Assembly (NCBI GenBank): GCA_036160175.1
Contig: JAYYEE010000227.1
Coordinates: 1 to 37,341 of the forward strand
Length of the DNA: 37,341 bases
Source of the DNA: Planctomycetota bacterium
Lineage (GTDB): Bacteria > Planctomycetota > UBA1135 > UBA2386
Reading direction: 5' to 3'
Below the pieces are notes generated by a model. It saw only the letters and a program-made list of their open reading frames with translations. It did not search any database and was not told the origin of the DNA. Position 1 is the stretch's first letter. Every line of letters starts with the position of its first letter. The position numbers were made by a program, and so were the translations under genes. Shown piece after piece: positions 25,442 through 33,998 of this stretch.

Positions 25442-28400
25442 TCACTTGGCGTTCAGCGCGCCGTCTCGCCAGCGGTCGGCGAGCGAATAGACCGGCTCGC
25501 AGAGCAGGTCGACGACGGGCATCTCTGCGAGTAGTTCTTTGTCGAACGAGGGCTCGGTCTCGGTCACGGCGTCGGCGAGCGCTTGGTAACGGTTCCGATA
25601 GCCGCCGAGCACGCCGCAGAGCGCATCGGCCCCCAAGCGGTCATGAAAGCGCACGTGGAGCAGCGTCACCCCGACCGCGCGGTGGCCGTGCACCTCGGGG
25701 ACGATGATGACGGTGCGGTCATCGCTGCGGCCTCGCGCCACCATCAGGCGGCGCTCACTCGCCACGAGGTGCTTGGTCCCACGGAGCGTCGGGTTGGCCT
25801 CTGTCCGCGACGGGAAGTCGGCCGCGACCCCGCGCCGGTCGACGACCCGCGCGGTCGCGCTCTGCTCGTCGTCGCCATGATCGATCCGATAGCGCGTGCT
25901 GCCGAGGACTCCGCAGACCGCCGGGTCGAGGCTCGCGAGCGCCCGCAGATCCTCATATCCGAGGTGGTCGCGGGCGGCCCCTGCCGCAAGCACCTCCTGC
26001 ACCAGCGACGCGGTCAACATGGCTTCGTCGCTGCGCGAGATCCCCACGGTCACGGTCTTGGCTTGGTGCTTGATCGCGTCGACCGGTCGCGTGAGCTCGT
26101 CGATCGCGGTGGTCAGGGCCTCGGTCAGGCGGTCGACGACCGCTCCCGGCGCGCCGGGCTCGCCGAACTCGACCGGGTACGCGTCGAGCGGCGTCAGCTC
26201 CAGCGCGTAGTTGCCCAGCGACGTCAGTCGCGCAGCGGTGCGCGCCTCGAGCGTGCCGTCGTAGCGACCATTGAGCAGGTCGCCGCGGAAGGCCTCCCAG
26301 TGCGGGCGGAGCGCAGGCGCGAGCGCGCCGAGCACGCTCGTGGGCGAGTCCTCAGCGCCGAAGGTCGCTTCGATCACGCCGCGCATGCGGCGCAGCGGCG
26401 CCGCGAGCTCGTCGATGGCGAGCGCCGCGCGATAGCCGAACAGGTGGCCGGCCATCGTCGACAAGATGAAGGCCAGCGCCGGATGCGCGGGCGGGACCTC
26501 GATGACGCCGTCGGCGTCGTCGAACCGGGGTCCGCCGCGCGTCGTGATCACGATCGGGGACGCCTTGTGGGCCTTGTAGATCGCGACCTCCTTGCGGACG
26601 TCGTCTGCGGTCGACCCCGTCATGCCTGCCGCACAACACAGGATCATCGGCTCGGACGAGAGGTCGATGTGCTTCTTGTCCTCGGTCGCGTCGCAAGCGA
26701 TCGACTTGTAGCAGAGCTCCGACAGCTTGATACGGACCTCTGCCGCCGCGACCTGGTTGCGGCCGTTGCCGACCAGCGCCCAATAACGCCGCTGCGGCGC
26801 GTAGGCGCGCGCCAGATCGCGGATCTTCACGTCTTGTGCGAGGACCTCGCGCATCGCGTCAGGCAGCGCGCTCAGCGCGCTGAGCAGGGCGTGTTCTTCG
26901 CGGTCGTCGTGGCACCCGACCGCGCGCGCCAGCGCCAGCGCCAGCAGCTGACCCGCGGCGCACTGCGCGTAAAACGCCTTCGTGCTCGCGACGCTCATCT
27001 CGACGTCGCGACCGTCGGACGTGTACAGCACGCCGTCAGCCTTTTCGGTCAGGTCGCTGCCTCGGCGGTTGACGATGGCCAGGACAGCGGCGCCGCGGCT
27101 GCGCGCCAGGTCTACCGTGCGGTTCGTGTCGGTGGTGGTCCCGGACTGCGAGATGGCGACGAGCAGGGTGTCGCCCATCTCTGCGCCGAGGCCGAAGCCG
27201 GAGAGCTCCGTCGCCGGGATCGCTTCGACCTGGACGTCCGCGCGCGCGAGCGCGTCGCGGATCGCGGACGCGACCGCGCGTCCAGCGACCGCTGCGGTGC
27301 CCTGGCCGATGACCAGGATGCGCCGGACGCGTCCAGCCGCCAGGTCTGACGCCACCGCAGCGGGCAGCGACGCGTCGGGCAGCTCGACGCGGGCGCGACC
27401 GTCGACGGTGACGATGCGGCCTCGGAGCGTCTTTTGCAGCGAACTCGGCGACTCGCCGATCTCCTTCAGCAAGTAGTGCGGGTGATCGCCGCGGTCGATG
27501 TCGCGGGTCGTCACCTCGGCCGTGGTCAGGCTCGCCGCGTCGATCGGGAGCTCGCTGCCGTCGTAGGCGGCGCGCGTGACGCCAGCGAGCTCGCCGGCCC
27601 CGTCGCGTCTGAGCATGACCACTTGGCCGCGTGACCCTGTCGGGTTGTCGGGGTTGCCAGGGGTCTCGCCGTCGAGCCGCAGGTAACGGTCGCATTCTTC
27701 TACGACGCCGTAAGGTTCGCTGGCGACGACGAACGTATCTTCCGCGAAGCCGACGTAGAGCGCTTGCCCGGAGCCGCGCAAGGCGAGCGCGAGTTGGTCT
27801 GGGTGCGCGGTCGCCGCGGCGCCGATCGCGACCGATCCTTCGAGGCGCGTCACCGTGCGCGAGAACGCGTCCGCGAGGTCGTGCCCCTGACGCATTTGTC
27901 GGGAGACCATGGCCGGGATGACCTTTGCGTCGGTCGTGATCGCCGTGTGGAGCTTCAGCCCGTCTTGCTGGGCTAGGTCTTGGTGGTTGTCGACGTCACC
28001 GTTGAGCGCGCCGAGGACGTAGGGGCCGCTGCTGTCGTGCGCTTCCTCGTGATTGAGGGGGTGCGCGTTCGGCTGGCTGATGATGCCGACGCTCGCCCAG
28101 CGCGTGTGCCCGAGGACCAGGGTCTCTGCGGCTGGCTCGCGCATGGCGGTTTGCAGCAGGGTGTCCCGTCGCATGGCCTCGCGCAGCGCGGCGACGTTGT
28201 CGCCGAGCTCGCCGATCTCGGCGGCGTGCTTGTAGACGAAGTTGAGGCTGCCGTCGGCGCATCGCACCGCGCCGTCTTGGAACAGCGGGTCGTCATCGCG
28301 CGCAGCGAGCAGCTGCTGGATCGTGGGGGACTCTATGTCTAGACCGCTGACGATGATCGCGGCGCCGGCGGAGTCGCGGCCGCGGACCTCGAGGCGGTCG

Positions 28401-28870
28401 AGCGCGGCGAGCGCGGCTTCGATCGAAGAGAACGCGGCCGCGGCGCGCTGGTCAGGCAAGTCGCCGCCTGCGAGGTCTCGCACAGCCTCGGCGTGCGGGA
28501 CGCGGTCGCGGCGCAGGGCCCAGACCTGGTCCTTCAGGCGGACCATCTCGGCGTTGCGGCGTTCGACGTCGTCGCCCGCTGCGGCGCCGTCACGATCAGC
28601 TTCGACGGCGTGGGCGCGCCGATGGAGCGCGTCGGCGCGTTCGCGGAGCTCGGCGATCAGGCCCTCATGCTGCAGCAGGGCCCAGAGCCCGGGCACGCCA
28701 CGGAGCTCTCGATCGAGCGCTGCGAGCGCGTCGGCGGCGTCCGTGATCCCATCTACGGTCGGCGCGTCCGTGAGCGCCCCCTCGGCTGCAGCGAGCAGCG
28801 CGCGCAGGCGTTCTCGGCTCGGGGCCGCGCGCCGGCTTTGCCGGCGCAGCACGGCGATGATGCCACACAT
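25442..28870 (-). CDS. Giant GlmS-like protein: class II (Ntn) glutamine amidotransferase plus two SIS domains, with three additional modules (1142 aa)
   Basis: MCGII (nucleophile Cys2). LDRLEVRGRDSAG comes only after an insert of about 135 aa. Also LGHTRWASVG and NGDVDNH. SIS1: ILVIGQGTA..VAISQSGTTTDT..SVASTKAF. SIS2: YWALVGNGRNQVAAAEVRIKLSE. A GlmS-tail-like KTVTVG is followed by about 230 further aa. Confidence 0.8.
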   Translation of the reverse strand: MCGIIAVLRRQSRRAAPSRERLRALLAAAEGALTDAPTVDGITDAADALAALDRELRGVPGLWALLQHEGLIAELRERADALHRRAHAVEADRDGAAAGDDVERRNAEMVRLKDQVWALRRDRVPHAEAVRDLAGGDLPDQRAAAAFSSIEAALAALDRLEVRGRDSAGAAIIVSGLDIESPTIQQLLAARDDDPLFQDGAVRCADGSLNFVYKHAAEIGELGDNVAALREAMRRDTLLQTAMREPAAETLVLGHTRWASVGIISQPNAHPLNHEEAHDSSGPYVLGALNGDVDNHQDLAQQDGLKLHTAITTDAKVIPAMVSRQMRQGHDLADAFSRTVTRLEGSVAIGAAATAHPDQLALALRGSGQALYVGFAEDTFVVASEPYGVVEECDRYLRLDGETPGNPDNPTGSRGQVVMLRRDGAGELAGVTRAAYDGSELPIDAASLTTAEVTTRDIDRGDHPHYLLKEIGESPSSLQKTLRGRIVTVDGRARVELPDASLPAAVASDLAAGRVRRILVIGQGTAAVAGRAVASAIRDALARADVQVEAIPATELSGFGLGAEMGDTLLVAISQSGTTTDTNRTVDLARSRGAAVLAIVNRRGSDLTEKADGVLYTSDGRDVEMSVASTKAFYAQCAAGQLLALALARAVGCHDDREEHALLSALSALPDAMREVLAQDVKIRDLARAYAPQRRYWALVGNGRNQVAAAEVRIKLSELCYKSIACDATEDKKHIDLSSEPMILCCAAGMTGSTADDVRKEVAIYKAHKASPIVITTRGGPRFDDADGVIEVPPAHPALAFILSTMAGHLFGYRAALAIDELAAPLRRMRGVIEATFGAEDSPTSVLGALAPALRPHWEAFRGDLLNGRYDGTLEARTAARLTSLGNYALELTPLDAYPVEFGEPGAPGAVVDRLTEALTTAIDELTRPVDAIKHQAKTVTVGISRSDEAMLTASLVQEVLAAGAARDHLGYEDLRALASLDPAVCGVLGSTRYRIDHGDDEQSATARVVDRRGVAADFPSRTEANPTLRGTKHLVASERRLMVARGRSDDRTVIIVPEVHGHRAVGVTLLHVRFHDRLGADALCGVLGGYRNRYQALADAVTETEPSFDKELLAEMPVVDLLCEPVYSLADRWRDGALNAK

Positions 28871-28897
28871 CGGTTGGGAAGATCTCCTGGGTGGGCG

Positions 28898-30115
28898 CTA
28901 GCGCCCGTCGAACTGCCCGAGGCCGCGCCGAAGGTCTGCAGCGCGCTGGGTCTCTCCAGCATCATCGAGCATTTGGGCGAGCCGCTTGAGCCAGTCCGCC
29001 GCTGCTGGGGGCAGCGACGCGGGCGCGGCCTTGGCGTTGGTCTTGGGGGCCGCCTGCGAGATCCGCAGGCTGTCGCAAATCACCACACCGACGCTCTTCT
29101 CGAGCGCGATGGCTGCGCGATCTTGGAACAGCTCGGACCAAGCGTCGCCGCGGAGCGTGGCCGAATGCCCGCCGTCGAGGCCGAAGGAGACGGTGCCGTC
29201 TTCGCCCCATTGGAGGAACTGGTCGCCGTGCTTGCACGAGAGGAGCTCGACGCCGCCGACCGCGTCCGTGACGAGGTCGCGCTTGCGCTCTGGCGCCAGC
29301 AGCGTCTCTCCGGTCTTGGCTTCTAATACGGGGAGGAGCGCGGCGATCGCCGCGCGCTTGTCGCCCGCTTCAAACTTGGGGAACTGGTCTCCCAGCCAGC
29401 GACGCAGCGCCTTGCTCGACTCCGTCGCGAGGTTGGCGCCCCATGGGGTGCCCAAGAAGCTGCGCTCATCGGCGAGCGCGTCGACCAGGGGCTGCATCGG
29501 CGGCGTCACGCCGGACGTCAGCAGCAGCGTCGCGAGGCGGACGCGCGCGCGGGGGTCTGGCTCGCTCAGCCAGAACACCTCGTCGATCGGCTTGCCGCCC
29601 AAGATCATGCCGAGCCTCGCGTGCGCGCGCATCAGCCAGGCGGGGTCGTTCTCGGCGCGCACGGACATCAGGTAGTCGACCTGCGCCGGCGGGAGCCCGG
29701 GCGGCGTGCCGTCTTCTTCCGCGGACTTGTAGCGGGGTACGCGCAACGCGACCCCGCGCATCGCCGACGAGCGCCAGTAGAAGTCGGGGTTCATCGTCCA
29801 CGACCAGAGCAGCCGCGACACCTTCGGGCCGGCCTTGCCGCTGTCGGCGATCGCGTCGACGAGCGAGGCGGGCAGCGCGTTGAGGCCTTGCTCGGCCGCG
29901 TATGCCTCCACCGCCGCGACCGCCTCGTCGCCGCCGCCGGCGACCTTGCGCGCCGCCGCCAAGCGGATGCCGTAGCGCCGCGACGTGCACGCCTTCTTGA
30001 CGTGGCGCGACCAGTCCTCTGTCGCGGGGTCTTGTCGCGGCTCTACGCACAGCGCCAAGAGGGGCGCTGCGATCGCCGCGACGAGCGCGAGCCTGGAGAG
30101 CTTACCGGAGCTCAC
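28898..30115 (-). CDS. Hypothetical secreted protein, alpha-helical (HEAT/ARM-like) repeats
   Basis: N-terminal hydrophobic signal (LALVAAIAAPLLALC). GTG 30115 overlaps the upstream stop (GTGA). GC3 bias is strong. No family was recognised with confidence. Confidence 0.55.
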   Translation of the reverse strand: MSSGKLSRLALVAAIAAPLLALCVEPRQDPATEDWSRHVKKACTSRRYGIRLAAARKVAGGGDEAVAAVEAYAAEQGLNALPASLVDAIADSGKAGPKVSRLLWSWTMNPDFYWRSSAMRGVALRVPRYKSAEEDGTPPGLPPAQVDYLMSVRAENDPAWLMRAHARLGMILGGKPIDEVFWLSEPDPRARVRLATLLLTSGVTPPMQPLVDALADERSFLGTPWGANLATESSKALRRWLGDQFPKFEAGDKRAAIAALLPVLEAKTGETLLAPERKRDLVTDAVGGVELLSCKHGDQFLQWGEDGTVSFGLDGGHSATLRGDAWSELFQDRAAIALEKSVGVVICDSLRISQAAPKTNAKAAPASLPPAAADWLKRLAQMLDDAGETQRAADLRRGLGQFDGR

Positions 30116-30522
30116 TGCGACGTCGTCACCTGATCGGCGTCCATTTGGTAGATCATGATGACGTAGCCGTCTTCCTTCTCTTCGCCGATGTAGAGCTTGC
30201 CTGTGACCGTCACGATGCCCTCGTGCACGTCCTCGGTCTCGCCTTCAGGCAGCATGCAGAACACGATCTCATTCAGCTTCGGCGTGCCAGTGCAGCCGCA
30301 GTTGTCGTTGATCAGCATGAACGAGTTGACCGGGCCGTCGCCGGGGAACTCGCGGCGCATGAAGCCGCGGACCTTGACCTCCTTCTCGTCCCAGCTGGAG
30401 ACCTCCTTAGGCAAGGTCATCCCCTCGGTGTAGTCGAAGCCCGCCAGGACGTCGAAGCCGAGCGGCTCCGGCTGGCCCGCGAGGACAGACAGCACCAGGA
30501 AGGTCGAGAGCGGGCGGATCAT
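30112..30522 (-). CDS. Small secreted protein, possibly DUF3299 family
   Basis: Signal peptide MIRPLSTFLVLSVLAG. The core FMLINDNCGCTGTPKLNEIVFC resembles the Cys/His-containing core of DUF3299 proteins. The family call is tentative. Confidence 0.55.
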   Translation of the reverse strand: MIRPLSTFLVLSVLAGQPEPLGFDVLAGFDYTEGMTLPKEVSSWDEKEVKVRGFMRREFPGDGPVNSFMLINDNCGCTGTPKLNEIVFCMLPEGETEDVHEGIVTVTGKLYIGEEKEDGYVIMIYQMDADQVTTSQ

Positions 30523-30708
30523 CAGCGGATCGAAGGCAGACGTCGGCCCAACAGTGTAGCAAGCCCCCGGCGATCAGGGCGAATCTTCAAGCCCTCGCCG
30601 GCCGCCGGCCGCGCCCTTGCACCCTCTGCACCGGCGGCTTATCCCTCTGCCTGATATGAGGGGGCTAGCGTGTGCGCGTAGCCCACCTCCTCATAGAGTG
30701 GACGATCC

Positions 30709-31008
30709 ATGTATTTTTGCGCCGTCGGGCTGATCGCCCTCCTGCCCTTCGCCTACCTGTTCTGCCAGGTGTTCACCGTCGTGGTGTATGAAGGAGCGTG
30801 GCGCTGGTACTGCCTCGCGCCGCTGCCGTTGGTAGTCGGCGGCTTCTGCACCTTGTTCTACTTCGAGTCTCCGGTCGCGTTCGTGTTGGTGACGATCGGG
30901 GCGCCGACCGTCGGAATGATCGCGTTAGCGAGCGTCTGGGGTCTCTACAGCAAATCGGCAGCGGAGGCGTCGGCGGCCGCGCCCGACGGCGCGGCGGACA
31001 ACGGCTAA
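30709..31008 (+). CDS. Small Cys-containing membrane protein (99 aa, about 3 TM helices)
   Basis: Hydrophobic segments with good GC3 bias. It lies 75 nt upstream of, and co-oriented with, the DsbD-like gene. There are 4 Cys in predicted TM regions. Confidence 0.5.
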   Translation: MYFCAVGLIALLPFAYLFCQVFTVVVYEGAWRWYCLAPLPLVVGGFCTLFYFESPVAFVLVTIGAPTVGMIALASVWGLYSKSAAEASAAAPDGAADNG

Positions 31009-31083
31009 GAGCCAGCTTCACCACGGCAAGTTCTTTGGCCTGCCGCGTGTCGATCGCGCCCGGGCTCGTATCATCTCAGCCCG

Positions 31084-33519
31084 ATGCTTTCTCGACTTCG
31101 GCTGATGTGGTGCCTGCTGGTGACGTTGACGACGTCGCTGTTCGCGCAGGACGATCCCAAGTTCGTGCTCAAAGCCTCGCTTGAGCCCGCGACGGCGGCG
31201 CCCGGTGAGGCTGTGATGCTCGTGCTGCGCGCGACGACGGCTGCTGGTTGGCACGCCTACGGCACTTTGGAAACTGGCAACATCCCGGTCTCTCTCGACA
31301 CGGCAGCGCTTGAGCTGACCGGCCTGGAGCGCGCGGGCGAGGCGGACATCCCAGGCGGGTTGCAGGAGGTGTCGCCTTACGGGACGACCTATCCGCTGCC
31401 GGAGTCGTTCCGCGTGACGGTGCCGCTCAAGGTCGCGGCGGGCGCGACCGGCGCGCTCCGCGTCGCGGGCGGGCTGGGCTACCAGATCTGCATGCAGGGA
31501 TCGTGCGAGCAGCCGAACACCGCCGCGTTCGAGGCGACCGGGGAGGTCGCCGCAGCGGCGCCGGCGAGCAGCGCCGCCGTGCAGGAGCCGCCGCCGCCGA
31601 TCCCGGTGCCGGGGCTCGGCACGGTGCCAGGGCTGATGCTCGGCGGCGACGAGAAGGTGGCCGTGACCGCGAAGTTTGAACCTGCGACGGCGCGCGCCGG
31701 CGAGGTCACGACGCTGGTGCTCGACGTCAACGTCATCGACGGGTGGCACGCCTACGGCACCAAAGAGACCGGTCAGATCCCCGTCGAATACGCGCAGGAC
31801 AAGCAGGACGTCGGCAGCCTCGCGTTCGAGGGCGACCCGGTGGTGCCGCCGGGAGACCCGGTCGAGGTCTTCGACACCGTGCAGTATCAGCTGCCGCACC
31901 ACTTCGAGGTTCGACAGGCGTTCCGCGTCCCTACAGACGCGGCGCCGCGCGAGGTCACCATCGGCGGCGTGCTCGACTACCAGATCTGCAACGAGGTCGG
32001 CTGCGACCCGCCGGCAGAGGCGGAGTACGAGGCGACGCTGACGATCGAAGCGGGCGCCGCGCGCGCGGCGCAGTCGGAGGCCCCCAAGGCTACCGATCAC
32101 GCCGGCGACGACGAGGGCGTCGTGGACCCGGCCGACCCGTTCGGCAGCGGGGGGGCGCTGATCCTAGCCAGCATCGGCGGCGGCCTATTCGCGCTCGCGA
32201 TGCCGTGCACGTATCCGATGATCCCGATCACATTCAGCTTCTTCACCAAGCAGGCGGAGAAGGCCGGCGGCAACGTGCTGCCGCTGACGATCACCTACGG
32301 GCTGGGCATCATCGCGATGTTCGTGTTCGTCGGGGTCGCGTTGTCGGCGGTGATCATCGACGTCGTCAACCACTGGGCGACCAACGCCGTGATCGGCGCG
32401 ATGTTCTTCTTCTTCGCCGCGGTGCTGTTTGGATGGGTCAACCTCAACCCGCCCCAGTTCTTGCAGCGGCTGGCGACCAAGGCGCAGATGTCGGCGGCGG
32501 GCGCGCCCAGCGGCGGCTCTGGCTTGACGCTCGGCGGCCTCAGCGGCGTGTTCTTCATGGGCGCGACGCTGGTGTTGACCTCGTTCACGTGCACGGCGCC
32601 GATCGTCGGCTCGCTGATCGGCGGCATCGCCAAGCACGGCACCGCCAAGGTGGCGGTCGGCATGGGCATCTTCGGCCTGACGATGGCGATCCCGTTCATG
32701 GCGCTGTCGCTCGCCCCGACGAAGGTCAAGGCGATGCCCAAGTCGGGCGAGTGGATGGAGACGCTGAAGATCTCGCTCGGCTTCGTCGAGCTGGCGGCGG
32801 CGTTCAAGTTCGTGTCGATGGTCGACATCTACTTCGGCTGGGACGCCCTGCCGCGCGAGCTGTTCCTGATGCTGTGGGCCGCGGTCTTCGGGCTGTGGGC
32901 GCTCTACCTGTTCGGGGTGCTGCGCAAGGCCGGCACGCCGAGCATGGGCGTCGGCAACGGCAGGATGGCCGGCGGCATGATCGTCACGCTGCTCGCGACC
33001 TACTTCCTGTTCGGCGCGATGGGCAACCGGATGGACAAGATCATGACCGGCTTCGTGCCGGCCTACTCCAACCGCATCGTGATGAAGGGCGAGGGGAGCG
33101 GCCCCAAGGTCGAGGGCCACGTGATCGTCAAGGACGACCCGCAGAAGGCGATCGAGGTCGCCAAGGCCGAGGACAAGCTCGTGCTCTACAACTTCACCGG
33201 CTTCAACTGAAACAGCTGCCGGATCATGGAAGACAACATCTTCCTGGAGCAGGCGGTCGCCTCGCTCATGAAGCAGCACCTGGTCGAAGCCCGACTTCAC
33301 ACCGACTCGCCCAAGCACCTGACGGACGAGCAGTTCGCCAACAACCGCAAGGCGCAGGCCGAGCTGGCGGGCGTGAAGACCAACCCCTACTTCGTCATGG
33401 TCGACCCGAAGACCGGCGAGAAGGTAGGCGAGTTCGCGCTGTCTGGCGGCTTCGGCGCCTGGCCGGGTAAGTGGACCGAGTTCTTGCAGCGCATGGTCAA
33501 GAAGACCGGCCGCCAGTAG
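31084..33519 (+). CDS. DsbD-family thiol:disulfide interchange protein, predicted selenoprotein (Sec709 encoded by TGA 33208-33210), 811 aa if read through
   Basis: Signal peptide. Two DsbD-N/DsbC-like domains (..GWHAYGT..YQICMQGSCEQP and ..GWHAYGT..YQICNEVGCDPP). CcdA/DsbD membrane core with AMPCTYP and FTCTAP. ORFs 31084..33210 and 33226..33519 are in the same frame. Read-through yields a complete thioredoxin fold, LVLYNFTGFN-U-NSC-RIMEDNIF...GVKTNPYFVMVDPKTGE. Confidence 0.75.
33215..33257 (+). promoter_or_regulatory. Candidate bacterial SECIS hairpin downstream of the in-frame UGA
   Basis: Apical stem GGAAGA (33228-33233) / UCUUCC (33239-33244) with loop CAACA. A bulged U27 sits over UCA/UGG. 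Lower stem is CUGCC (33216-20) / GGCGG (33252-56). The loop lies about 24-28 nt 3' of the UGA. It was folded by eye and not scored against a model. Confidence 0.4.
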
Positions 33520-33568
33520 GCGGCCCGAGCGCGCGGATCCGGCGGCCCGGGCGCCGCCCCAGCCCTTC

Positions 33569-33600
33569 GGCCCGACCTCGTCGGGTCCTCCATAATAGTT
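33569..33600 (+). terminator. Weak candidate terminator hairpin after the DsbD-like gene
   Basis: CCCGAC (33571-76) ctc GTCGGG (33580-85) with flanking G/C, followed by a moderately T-rich stretch (tcctccataatagtttgtt). The stem is short. Confidence 0.25.
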
Positions 33601-33606
33601 TGTTAG

Positions 33607-33622
33607 GCAAGGTATGCCTTGC
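33607..33622. promoter_or_regulatory. Inverted repeat, candidate PadR operator
   Basis: GCAAGG-tatg-CCTTGC sits in the only AT-rich patch of the intergenic region, 23 nt upstream of the padR ATG (33645). Confidence 0.3.
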
Positions 33623-33644
33623 AAGTTATGCGAGACAAGATAAC

Positions 33645-33998
33645 ATGCCTGGCATGACCAAGGGCGGAAACTCAGATCTGGCGCGCAGCTGCACGGACCT
33701 CGTGCTGCTGACCCTGCTCCAGCAGGAGCCGATGTACGGCTACCAGATCCTGACCACGCTGCAGGACCGCGGGAACGGCGAGTTCCGCTTCAAGCAGGGC
33801 ACGCTCTATCCCGTGCTCTACCGGATGGAGCGCGAGGGCTGGATCGAGGCGACCTGGGAGGACCCGCCTGAGGGCAAGCGGCGCAAGGTCTACCGCGTCA
33901 CCGCTGACGGCCGCAAGGAGCTCGGCAAGCGCGCCGCGCAGTGGCTGCGGTTCAACGACGCGGTGCGCTCGATCCTGAAGGAGGCTGGCCATGCCTAG
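33645..33998 (+). CDS. PadR-family transcriptional regulator
   Basis: LVLLTLLQQEPMYGYQILTTLQDRGNGEFRFKQGTLYPVLYRMEREGWIEATWE....RKVYRVTADGRKEL is the canonical PadR winged helix. An alternative ATG lies at 33654. Confidence 0.85.
   Translation: MPGMTKGGNSDLARSCTDLVLLTLLQQEPMYGYQILTTLQDRGNGEFRFKQGTLYPVLYRMEREGWIEATWEDPPEGKRRKVYRVTADGRKELGKRAAQWLRFNDAVRSILKEAGHA

Noticed and set aside
30662-30684. The hairpin GGGCTA-(11 nt)-TAGCCC in the divergent intergenic region upstream of 30709, plus the nearby CCCTC..GAGGG repeat.
   Set aside because: The stems are short and of a kind expected by chance in GC-rich DNA. No recognisable riboswitch or operator pattern is present. I noted it but cannot support it as a feature.
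33226-33519. A stand-alone 97-aa ORF (MEDNIFLEQ...).
   Set aside because: It is in frame with the upstream DsbD-like ORF and lacks an SD-like sequence. It encodes only the part of a thioredoxin fold that follows the redox motif. It is better explained as the C-terminus of a UGA-read-through (Sec) protein.
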